From Leptolyngbyaceae cyanobacterium (GTDB lineage Bacteria; Cyanobacteriota; Cyanobacteriia; Phormidesmidales; Phormidesmidaceae): 64,000 nucleotides of DNA. Under the pieces are notes generated by a model that did no database searches, was not told where the DNA came from, and worked only from the letters and a program-made list of their open reading frames with translations. The first letter of the stretch is position 1. The number at the start of each line of letters is the position of its first letter. Below are positions 1 to 9,481 of the stretch, piece by piece. The position numbers and the translations under genes are program-made. The stretch is taken from assembly GCA_050331235.1 (NCBI GenBank), contig JBHJHA010000027.1, positions 1 through 64,000 on the forward strand, in the 5' to 3' direction.

Positions 1-1839
1 TTACAAGTGCAGCAACTAACTCGTAAGGAATGTTTTCGGCCAAGCTATTCAAAGAAGCCCTTATAAGCGCATAACGACACTGCAGCGCAATCGCCTGGGC
101 GGGGGATTCTTTATACAGGTCTTTTGCCAGTCGCCAAGCACGCGCTACATCTCCGACAAAGCTAGCTGTTTGTTCTAGGGCAACACAAGCTTTATACCAG
201 CCGTTTCTACCCTCAGGAGTATCCTCTTGCAAGAGCTGATGAATCTGGTCGAACTGCTCCGCCTGCTCCAGGTGCCAAGTCAGGTGAGCATGGATATAGC
301 CATCGTCAGACAAGGTATGCCATTGCTCATCGAGCGTTTTCTCGCGATACCGCTCGATGATTTGCTGATGCGCCTCTGCTCTCGTAAGTCCTAAGCCCGG
401 TAAGTCACTGGCTTGCTCTGGATGTTGGGGACTGGTTAGAAGCTTTTGAGCCAGGTCATGCATCAAGTCATGCATGCGATAGGTGACTCGCTGGCACGAT
501 TGCTGTCCACTTTTCAACAGCAGCGCTTTAGCACTAAAGATCCGCAAAATTGCTCCGGCGGTTCGCTTAGAAACCTGCCAGAGGGTCGTGGCCATTTCTT
601 GGGTCAGAGTGACATCCTCGGGAACTACCCCGAGCCAGGCAAAGTGCCGGAGCTGCTCCGGTGTCAATTGCTTCAGGCTGAGCTTAAAACAGGCCGTCAA
701 GCTGTATTTTCGGCGTTTGGTATCTTCTGGGATGTCATCTTGACTGTATAGATCTAGGGTTTCGAGCCGGGCCACTTCGGTTTTAAAGTCTTCCAGCAGT
801 TCCGTCCAGGTGACGCCTTCCTCAATTTGAGAGGCTGTTAGTTCTAAGGCTAGCGGCAAGTATCCGACTCGCTCAGCAAATAGGAGTGCTTGCTGCTGTT
901 CCTGCTCATCCAGCGCCCTGCCCAGCTTTTGAGTCATCAACGCCAGAGATTGCTCTGGGCTCATCACATCTAGGGGATAGCGACGCGCTTGGGGAATGCG
1001 GGCCTCACGTGTAGTGATTAGTACACAGCAGTTTGAACTGCCAACACGAAATAACTCAGCATGCTCTGGATTCCAGACATCATCTACAACCAGCAGCATT
1101 CGTTTATCTGCTAGCAAAGTTCTGAGATGTGCAGACGCGGCAGTTTCGGTAATGGGTTGATAGCTATGATCGCCAAGGGTTTGAATCCAGTGACTTAAGT
1201 GAGCTAGGATGTCAGGCTGTTGTCCTAATGGAGCCCACAGAACACCGTCACAATATCGGTCTACAACATCTTGGTCATGAGCCAGCTTCATGGCCATTAC
1301 TGATTTTCCAATACCACCTAAGCCATGTATTGCACTTACCACTAACGTGCCAGGGTGGTTGGCTGCATCTTCCAGCAAAATTTTTTTGACCGCATTCTGA
1401 TGCTCAGGTCTCTCAACAAAATGATAAGGCAGGGGTGGCGCTTGAAAAGGCACTCCGACGGGTGGCCTAAACGATTGAGATTGCTGAGACTTAGTTGAGC
1501 TTATGGATGATTCACTCTGATCTGCTATTCCTTGGTAAACATCTAGGACATTGGTACTAGGTAAACCGTAATCAACAGATTCAAGGGTTAACTCAAAAGC
1601 CCGAAACAAGTCTTCGATTTTTGATCTATCTACTCCGGCCTGGGCTTGGCGAATTTTTTTGATGGTTTTAATGCTAAGGTGCGATCGCTCCTCCAGCTCT
1701 GCCTGAGTGAAGCGCTTGCCATCCTTTTCCCGTTCTTGGGCTGCTGCGATCGCGGCTTCTAACCTTTCTTTGCCGTGATTGGTGAGAACAACACCACGTT
1801 GACGCTTGCTTATAGGACTTTGGGGGCAGATGACGACAC
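1..1839 (-). CDS. HTH + NB-ARC (STAND NTPase) protein with APAF-1-like helical region; 3' end lies outside the window
   Basis: Not in the ORF track. Manual translation: KRQRGVVLTNHGKERL..FTQAELEERSHLSIKTIKKI (HTH), IHGLGGIGKS (Walker A), LLVVDDVW (Walker B), VLITTR, GYLPLAL, YRMHDLMHDLA (MHD). Likely GTG start at 1839 is one base out of frame at a C5 run. Confidence 0.88.
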
Positions 1840-2066
1840 AGGAGAATCGGATAGTTAGCGTAAAGTTCTGCGTGCTTGCATCGACTATATTCGATCTTTC
1901 CGGAATGTGTCTAGACGCTGAAACTCATATAAATAGAGCGTTACGTCAGGCACAAAGTAGTCTGTGAAAAGTTTCTAGCAACTTTCGCTTAAGGCACTCA
2001 AGTTTCCTGGTGGAATCGTGGCGGTTTTTCAATACTGGCCTCATGTTCAGCTTTGAGGAAACCGTC

Positions 2067-2453
2067 ATGTTGAAATCAACCGTTTTAGGATTAGGCACGT
2101 TTGCGCTGCTCTCGCCTGTCAGCGCTGCTGTGATGCCGATGGAACTGGCTCAAACACCTCCTGCTCCATTGGTAACTGAGATTTGCGGCGTCGATAAGTC
2201 GTGGACAGCAGGATTTCGCATTGGTGAAACAGTGCCGCTTGATCCTAGCCAGTATCACCGGGCGGTGACGATCACAAAAACACCGCTGCGAGCCGGTTAT
2301 GGCTTTGAGGGACCAGTCATCGCTGACTTGGCAGTGGGGGCTCAAGTCACCGTCATGGGTGAAGTCTGGGATATGGGCTGCAACCAGTGGATGGTTGTCC
2401 CTGCGGACGGGGGAGTCGCCTATATCCATGGCAATGCTTTGCAGAACCTCTAA
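2067..2453 (+). CDS. Secreted protein with bacterial SH3-like domain
   Basis: GAGG RBS before ATG 2067; signal peptide MLKSTVLGLGTFALLSPVSA; LRAGYG..VIADLAVGAQVTV..W..V....VAYIH pattern of SH3b domains. Confidence 0.7.
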   Translation: MLKSTVLGLGTFALLSPVSAAVMPMELAQTPPAPLVTEICGVDKSWTAGFRIGETVPLDPSQYHRAVTITKTPLRAGYGFEGPVIADLAVGAQVTVMGEVWDMGCNQWMVVPADGGVAYIHGNALQNL

Positions 2454-2545
2454 TCCAGATTCATTGGAGGGCATCGACTGTACTGCTCTCCCGACTTTCT
2501 TAAACTAGCGAACCGCTACAGACATCAACTCAAGGGATAAACACC

Positions 2546-2782
2546 ATGATGCGACAACAGCATTCCTATAGTTGGCTCTTTAAGGCAGCCACAATATCGT
2601 TGAAATATTTTTTGCTGGGGTTGGCCGGTTGTACGGTGACGTATGTCTTGGCCCATGTGCTCAGCTTTGGAGGCCTCGCCAGCCTGATGGTCTTGCTGTT
2701 AGAAAAACTGGCGCTGCGGGCGTTGGTGGTGGTGTTTTGCTTGGGGGCGATCGCCGTCATCACCGAATCTCTCCGAAATTAA
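2546..2782 (+). CDS. Small membrane protein
   Basis: 78 aa, two to three hydrophobic helices, AGGGA upstream. Confidence 0.65.
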   Translation: MMRQQHSYSWLFKAATISLKYFLLGLAGCTVTYVLAHVLSFGGLASLMVLLLEKLALRALVVVFCLGAIAVITESLRN

Positions 2783-2831
2783 AGCCCGTTATCTCAGGGG
2801 GCCACCATTGCTGTTCAATTTTAAGGTGCCT

Positions 2832-2999
2832 ATGAATCGCTCACTGCGGCAATATCCCCAAACAGTTAAACTCCTCGTGGTGATTGATTGCGAGAGGCCT
2901 AACCCTCAGTCGTTAGCAAAGCCTGTCCCAACTCGTTCAGCGCCTGATCCAGATCTTGAAGCCCTGTGGCTGTTGGAATTATTAATGCGCCCAGCCTAG
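2832..2999 (+). CDS. Small hypothetical protein
   Basis: AAGG before ATG 2832; follows the previous gene on the same strand. Confidence 0.4.
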   Translation: MNRSLRQYPQTVKLLVVIDCERPNPQSLAKPVPTRSAPDPDLEALWLLELLMRPA

Positions 3000-3142
3000 A
3001 TGCTTGGCCTCAGGTACGAGTCTAGGGAGCAGTGATTGCACGACAAATCGAAGCATCGTTATGTTGGCTGATAAATGTTGAGTTACTGCGGTTTTCAGGA
3101 TTGCGGATGATTCATTGACAGATACTGAGGCCGTAAAATTCT

Positions 3143-3446
3143 TTATTCGTCAGTTTCAAATAAGGCTGTCAAATCTTGATAACCACTGACGACTCGAAAA
3201 ACTTCGATCGCATCATCCAGTAGACGGTAGAAAACCAGGTATTGCTTGTAAGGCAAGCTCCGCAGATTAGGATAGAGTTCATCCCGCTTGCGGCCAATTT
3301 GAGGAAATTGGGCAATCTGCTGGAGTACCGAAAATACCACTTAGGAATGTTTCTGCACGGTCGAGGCCGCTGTCGATGGCGAGGTAGTCTGCAATCTCCT
3401 CAATATCCTGACTGGCGCGAGGGGTGATGCGGCAGACTCGACTCAT
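3143..3446 (-). pseudogene. parE: ParE/RelE family toxin, frameshifted
   Basis: ATG overlaps the antitoxin TGA; MSRVCRITPRASQDIEEIADYLA..RAETFLSG, then a frame change near 3335 into FSVLQQIAQFPQIGRKRDEL..YLVFYR..IEVFRVVSG. Confidence 0.85.
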
Positions 3447-3706
3447 GGTTCAGCGTGGCGGCTGCGAAGACGCTGACGAATGGCGTCAATTTCTGTGGAG
3501 GCTTCTAGCAATTCGCCGCGCTCAGCTTCATTCGCACCCAGCAAGACCTCATCACGCAGTTCTTCGAAACGTCCCTGATAAATCTGCTCACGCTCAGCCA
3601 ATGCTTGCAGTCCTGCCAAGAGGATGTCATCTAGAGAGGCGTATTTGCCGCTAGCAATCTGGCGATCGGCAAACTCTTGTAGTTCGAGGGGAAGGGATAA
3701 AGCCAT
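3443..3706 (-). CDS. parD: ParD-like ribbon-helix-helix antitoxin
   Basis: SLPLELQEFADRQIASGKYASLDDILLAGL motif; directly upstream of parE. Confidence 0.88.
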   Translation of the reverse strand: MALSLPLELQEFADRQIASGKYASLDDILLAGLQALAEREQIYQGRFEELRDEVLLGANEAERGELLEASTEIDAIRQRLRSRHAEP

Positions 3707-3754
3707 CGCTTTGCTAGAAGGGTTTGCTGATATGGATATCAGTTTAGCGTGTAC

Positions 3755-5412
3755 TCAGGAGAGGTTAGATGAGCCAACCTCTCCTGCTGCTGAGCTTTCC
3801 GAAAAGTGGTCAACGGCCCCTAACGCAATCATCGACGCCCGCTGCGCCTCAGTCAGCCCATGTACCCCAGTAATGTCAGTACCTTCATAGGGACGCGGTA
3901 CTGACATAGCTACTTCACATCCCCATGTTTGTACATTCCATAATCGAATTGTGCCGTCATCACCAGCACTACTAAGAATCTGACTGTCAGGGCTAAAAGA
4001 TACTGATCTGACCCCATCAGTATGGCCTTGAAGCATATTGACACATCGTATTTGGCAGATATCCCAAATACGAATGGTTGAGTCTGCACTGCCGCTGACT
4101 AAAAGGCGTCCATCAGGACTGAATGCTACTACCCTCACCCAATTTTAGTGACCCTTGAAAGTTTGGAGACATTGGTGGTTTTTGAGATTCCATATCCGAA
4201 TAGTAGAATCATGACTACCACTTGCAAGAAGCCCATCATCGGGACTAAAATCCACTGATCTATCTTCCTTTAAATGCCTTTCAGAACATTTAGTATTTGA
4301 TGATTTAGCATATCCCACAATCGAATTGTAGAATCATCACTCCCGCTTGCCAAAAGTTGACCATCAGAACTTACAGCTATTGACCAAATCCAGGTAGAAT
4401 GACCTTTCAATAAACTGAGGCAGCAATACTTTTGAGTATCCTATAATCGGATCATAGAGTCATCATTACCACTAACAATAAATTGATTAGATGGATGCCA
4501 AGCCAATGATTTTATGCCATTAATATATCCACTAAAAACATGTAAGCATTGATGTTTTCCTATATCCCAGAGTCGAACTGTAGAGTCCGAGCTTCCACTC
4601 ACGAGGAACTTGTCATCAGGACTAAAAGCAAGCGAATTAACTAAATTGGAGTGCTTGTCAAATACATGGATACATTGTTGCTTTTTTATATCCCAGAGTC
4701 GAATTGTACAATCTGCGCTTCCACTAGCAAGAAACACGCTATTGGAACTAAAAGCCAATGCTCCAACCCGATCAGTATGCTTATCAAATATATGAATACA
4801 TTGCTGCTTCTTTATATCCCAGAGACGTATTGTACAATCGTCACTGCTACTTGCAAGATACTTCCCGTCTGGACTTAATGCCACAACCCAAACCCAATTG
4901 GTATGTTGATTGACTACGTCGCAGCAGCAGCCTTTCTGGATATCCCATAATCGAATTGTATGATCTTCACCACCACTGAAAATGAAAAAGCCATCAGGGC
5001 TAAAGACCACTGATCTTACTCCCTTTATATGTCCTCTAAATGTGTTCTGACATTCAAATTTTTCCATATCCCACAATCGAATTGTAGAATCTGCACTGCA
5101 ACTCACAAGCAAGCGACCGTCAAAATTGAAGGATAGCGATCTAACTTCACCTGTATGCCCTCTAAGAACACAAATACATGAGTATTTTTCTACGTCCCAA
5201 ATTCGGACTGTAGAGTCTGTACTGCCACTAGCAAGGGTTTATTATCAGGGCTAAAACGGACTGATCTCACCCAGTTTTTATGCTCTTTAAAGGTAATCAG
5301 ATGCTGTCTTTTTTTAATGTTCCAAAGCTGTATTTCGCAGTTGGCACCACCTATCGCTAAAAGCTTACCATCAGAGCTATAATCAACTCCGTAAATGCGA
5401 TCAAAAGCCCCT
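3755..5412 (-). pseudogene. WD40 beta-propeller region of an NB-ARC/NACHT-WD40 gene; 5'-truncated and disrupted several times
   Basis: About a dozen GH..WV.SV.FSPDG..LASGS.D.TIRLWD repeats; stops at 4145-4147 and 4441-4443 plus frameshifts; C-terminal RPYEGTDITGVHGLTEAQRASMIALGA typical of cyanobacterial STAND-WD40 proteins. Confidence 0.9.
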
Positions 5413-5413
5413 C

Positions 5414-7015
5414 TTGAATGGTGATCCTATTTTTCGAAAACGAGCTTTAGAAGTCATTGCAAGAGTTGAACTCGGCTCTGAAAGCGTAGTAAATGCAACA
5501 ATTAGAATTACACTTCATGATTCAGATTGGCAAACCAGAAGTAACGCTAACGTCGCTTTGATATCAATCGGTAATTCTGCAGTCGTTCGTGCACTTAGCT
5601 ACATTCTTGAGGAAGATGATTTTGAGATATCAAGATAACTTCCAGTCACACAATAGCAATTGGATGCCTATGCCAGATAAGTAGCAGAGAATCTCTACCG
5701 ACATTGATAAAGGTTCTACTTGACGAAAGCAAGGGCATCGTAATTCGCGGATACGCTATACGAGCTTTAGGTGAAATCGGTGATGCATCTGTAATTCCGG
5801 TACTCATGAAGTATCTTGCACCTGATGAGAGTGATTTTATATATCGCGAGAGTCTCTTTGCTTTAGGAAAACTAGGGTTAACACACCTTGAAGATAAAAT
5901 CATCTCAATTGCCATAAGACACACAGAGCCAGATGTTCGAAAAGATGCTGTAAAGGTTCTAGGGAAAATATTTACTCAGAAATCTCAGCAGGGACTTCAA
6001 GAAGCCCTTAAAGATCCAGATTTCATCGTCCGTTTCACCTCTGCCGTGTTTCTGGCAAAACAAAAACATACAGGAAGTATTCCAACCCTGATTGAAGGCC
6101 TGGGGTGTAGAAGTTCTCTCGGTTTTGAGGACTATACAGTTTGTCGAGATGCTATCGATGCTTTGTATGAGGTAAGTGGAGATGCATATTCATCTTTAGA
6201 GTATGCTTTCAAGCACCATAAGGATTTTCAAGTGAGGCGTAACGCTAAACTAGCTATCGATAAAATCAAAGGCTTACCCACTCAAGAAAATTATGTAGAA
6301 AGGACATTAAAAGAAATTAGCGAAAAATACAATTTTGCTGAATTACTTGAAATTTTGAATATTGCTAATACGGATAATGATTGGCAGTTTGCTTCAGCTC
6401 TTCGGGAAAAATGTGAAGCTGAGCATATGAGTTCTTTATATGAAGCAATCCTGCAATCTGGCTCGAATAGTGTTTTCAAATATGTTCCAAATTTAATTAG
6501 TACAATTCAAACCGATTGTAGGTTTTACAACTACGAGATTGCCTACGACATCATTCCCTAAGGCAAAACAGTTTCCCTCTACTTCTCCTACGCCCCCGCC
6601 GCCGAACCTCTGCAAACCCAACTCACCCTGCTCGAACGCCAGGGCGTCATCACCAGTTGGAGTCAGCGCCAAGTTCTTCCCGGCGACGATCGCGCCCGAG
6701 TCATCAACCAGCAGCTCAATACCGCCGACATCATTCTGCTGCTGATCAGCGCCAACTCCCTCGCCGACAAAACCTGCTACACCCTTGAAATTCAACGGGC
6801 AATCGAACGCCACCAGACAGGCGAGGCTCGCGTCATCCTCATTCTGTTGCGTCCCGTAGATTGGTATGGTGCGCCTTTTAGTCAGCTTGAAGTGTTCCAA
6901 AAACCATCAGCCCATCACTACCTGGGCTAACCAAGACGCAGCATTTCAAGAAATTGCTGAGGGTATTCGAGCAGTCGCGCTTGATTTGCAACAGCGGAAT
7001 CCAACCTCCCCGTGA
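5414..7015 (+). pseudogene. HEAT-repeat + C-terminal TIR protein; 5'-truncated and disrupted
   Basis: HEAT repeats (DVRKDAVKVLG, VRFTSAVFLA); break near 5638; TAA 6559-6561 is followed in frame by SLYFSYA..LERQGVITSW..ADIILLLISAN..CYTLEIQRAIER..VILILLRPVDW; frameshift near 6898; ends TGA 7015. Confidence 0.85.
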
Positions 7016-7156
7016 ATTTCCAGCATCACAAAAGCTCATCCATTGACTGAAGGGCAGCGGTGTTCCACGACGATTCTTCCTCCAGTGGCATCTTGACTCG
7101 CTTTTTGAGCAAAATTGAACTTAAACGTCTTCCTAATCCGTTGAGGCAAAGTATTC

Positions 7157-7642
7157 ATGACTTCTGTCTCCGAAGTGCCCTCACAACTGCGTTCCTACGG
7201 TCACCGTGGAGCCTACAGCGAATTGACTCACTACGCTGATGAGCTGCCCCCTGCGGTTAAACAGACTCCTTTAGTTTCTCTGGAATTGTCGCGGGCTTTT
7301 CTGCGCCAAGGTCGTCCCATTGATGCCGAAGCAGTTCTAACCTCCGCAAATTTGGCAACAGCCACTCCCGGAGCACAGCTGATCTTAGCCCTGGAAAAGG
7401 CCTCTCTGAGCATTTATCGACAGATGGCAATTCAGGCCGCGCTGCAAGCGGCGCAGGCAGCATTTGCCGCAGCAGAAATCCAGACCATTGACCCGGCTGA
7501 TCGCGCCGAAGCCGATCGCGTTCATATCCGCATTCTGTTGACAGCCGCCACCTACTTTGAGATCTCCCCAGAGCAAGGCCAACAGGCACGAGATCGGCTG
7601 CCTGCGATCGCCAAAATCCTGCCCCATACCAAGTATCACTGA
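7157..7642 (+). pseudogene. N-terminal fragment of a helical (TPR-like) protein, probably truncated
   Basis: Ala/Leu-rich amphipathic helices ending abruptly in HTKYH*. Confidence 0.45.
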
Positions 7643-8107
7643 AAGGTGCAGAAAACGGGGGTAGGCAAGAAGCTTGCCCAATGGTAGTTTCGAGAAAATC
7701 TAGACCAACGAGATGGCATTGGTTCAAAACAGGTTGTAACACTCACCTTACCTGCAATTGGCCAGGTGACCGGCACCGTTATTGTGAGTGCTCGTCTGGC
7801 CCAGCCAGGACTGCAAGGTGGGCTTGAAGCTATCCACGATTTGCCCCTGAGGTCTACACCTGAAGAGCGGTTTTACCCCATCGCCTTTGAAATTCCCCAA
7901 GCGTCTAGAGGTGATTTGGCTAGGTTTTTCAGCTTTGTTTGATGCCAACGAGAACGATTTCGGCCCGAGAGTATTCGACAAATGGTCGAGTACTCCTATG
8001 GTGCATCTATGTAGCTCAAGATACCTGTATCTACACCAGTAGTTTCATCAAGCTCATAAAAAATAGCCTGAAACGACGAAATTCCGTTTATCAGGTTGGA
8101 CATTTTA

Positions 8108-8127
8108 TTGGGGTAAATTTGGGGTAA
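8108..8127 (+). repeat. Tandem TTGGGGTAA direct repeats, possible integrase arm-type sites
   Basis: Copies at 8108-8116 and 8119-8127 (11-bp period), about 50 bp from the tRNA fragment. Confidence 0.5.
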
Positions 8128-8175
8128 TTAAATTTTGATGTCACTCAAATTACGTTCCTGCATAAATTGACCACC

Positions 8176-8220
8176 CGATTCGTAATCGAGCGGTCGCGGG
8201 TTCAAATCCCGCCATCGGCT
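8176..8220 (+). tRNA. 3' half of tRNA-Thr(CGT); att-site fragment, not a complete gene
   Basis: CGA-TTCGTAA-TCG anticodon arm (CGT), T arm GCGGG-TTCAAAT-CCCGC, acceptor strand CATCGGC-T; no D arm or 5' acceptor strand upstream. Confidence 0.9.
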
Positions 8221-8440
8221 TAGACGTTTGTAAATTTGTTGTACGTTCGCAAATTATATGTCGCAGTTCGCAGATTGATGTCGCTATTGCAGGAAAAGCG
8301 ACCTTAACCGTGGTCCTTAGCGATTTCATGTCGCAAAATTCAGTTTTCGTGCTCTTTGCAGAATAATGTCGCGAAATCCGTCTTCATTTTCATGCGTGCA
8401 CTTACCTGTCAGCCACACTTAATTGCTAAACACTCTGCTT

Positions 8441-8470
8441 ATTACGAATCGAGTGCTCCTTTCAGCTTCC
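8441..8470 (-). CRISPR. Delocalised homing crRNA: truncated repeat + 18-nt spacer against tRNA-Thr(CGT)
   Basis: Minus strand GGAAGCTGAAAG-GAGCACTCGATTCGTAAT; spacer matches 8169-8186 at 16/18 positions. Confidence 0.85.
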
Positions 8471-8532
8471 TTTTTAAATTTCTGAGTTCTGGCAAAAGTA
8501 AATATCTGGTTTGAGATTGAGACAACATCCTG

Positions 8533-8569
8533 CTCTCAACTCCTCTTCGGATGAAGGAGAGATCGCGAT
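8533..8569 (-). CRISPR. Single 37-nt type V-K-like CRISPR repeat (array remnant)
   Basis: Minus strand ATCGCGATCTCTCCTTCATCCGAAGAGGAGTTGAGAG: 37 nt, internal hairpin, end one base from GTTGAAAG, same orientation as the homing crRNA. Confidence 0.7.
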
Positions 8570-8816
8570 CGCTATAAAAGGTGGTCCTACCTTCAGCCTC
8601 TATGGGTTCAACGATCTAGGCATAACTAGCGATGCTTGGGATACGAAAGGCGTTGCTAAAGGTAATGGCAATGCAGAGCCCGGTTTGCCTAACTTCTCTA
8701 TTTATGTAAAGCGTGGTGATGGTGGTGACAACCCCACTATCCCCGAGCCGGCAGCAATGGCGGGACTATTGGCTGTGGGTGCGGGTATGGTGGCCAGCCG
8801 TCGTAAGCGAGCTTAA
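8565..8816 (+). pseudogene. 5'-truncated PEP-CTERM protein
   Basis: AIAIKGGPTFSLY..IPEPAAMAGLLAVGAGMVASRRKRA; no signal peptide; aligns with the C-terminal half of the neighbouring paralogue. Confidence 0.85.
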
Positions 8817-8876
8817 GGCAAGCTGTCCCAGCTATCTGTTTGTCTAGACCTGTCTGTTGTATTCCTGAAAACGACT

Positions 8877-8918
8877 TGCTCCTGTTGAGCCTTACACGCT
8901 TGTTAGGGGCATTTTTTT
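8877..8918 (+). terminator. Probable intrinsic terminator
   Basis: TGCTCCT..AGGGGCA stem followed by T7. Confidence 0.55.
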
Positions 8919-9481
8919 GCTTGCGAATAGAATCGGTGATGTCATGGATGCATTGTTGCTTTTTTCATAAAGGTGATGCGGGATGTCTCGATTAATACCT
9001 CGCCAACAGAGAGCCGATTACTACACGAGGCCGATCGCTTAAGTTTGATGCCAACTTCTCTACAATTAATCTTGATGGTTGCGGACTTCGTGGCAGAGAG
9101 ATTTTGCCGCAGATGTTGCACCTCAGTAAAAGCCGAAACCTCCACCAAATAGAGCTTCAGAGGCCTCTTTAAAAACGGCAATGGCAACCAGCAACAGAGT
9201 TCACATTCACCGATTTTGTATGAAGAGGCAAAAAAGTATCAACATAGACGATTGTTTATTTAAAGTGGTCTAGATAAATTTGGAATGCAAAACAAATGCG
9301 TGCAAGTACTGGCAGAAGTATTTGATACAAGCCCCTTTGCGATGCCTACGTGAATATTGCATGAAGACCCCCACATGCATTCGGATGCTAGGAACGCTGC
9401 CATGTATGTATAAGTGCTTGCCTCTTGGCTAACCAGGAATTGCAAGCACACACGCAACTGTCTCATAGCTCAAGGAAAACA

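Larger units (their letters stand above)
1..8220. mobile_element. Right part of a genomic island integrated in tRNA-Thr(CGT)
   Basis: Ends at a displaced tRNA 3' half (8176-8220) preceded by tandem TTGGGGTAA repeats; contains a TA pair, STAND/TIR genes, AT-rich HIP1-poor DNA and many pseudogenes. No integrase in the window. Confidence 0.65.
8240..8569. mobile_element. Remnant of a type V-K CAST (Tn7-like end, homing crRNA, last array repeat)
   Basis: Starts TGTAC; four related motifs TTCGCAAATTATATGTCGC (8246-8264), TTCGCAGATTGATGTCGC (8267-8284), TTAGCGATTTCATGTCGC (8317-8334), TTTGCAGAATAATGTCGC (8355-8372); 19 bp after the tRNA 3' end. Confidence 0.85.

Noticed and set aside
7748..7981. 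Minus-strand ORF with NFKGDGVK and RPQG, faintly like ParA motifs
   Set aside because: Motifs are broken and wrongly spaced; cannot be separated from chance.
8009..8018. ATGTAGCTCA resembling a tRNA 5' end
   Set aside because: Only 10 nt, no full acceptor strand or D arm, and no intron-like sequence linking it to 8176.
8511..8564. ORF-track N-terminus of the first PEP-CTERM gene
   Set aside because: It is CRISPR repeat and trailer DNA, not coding sequence.
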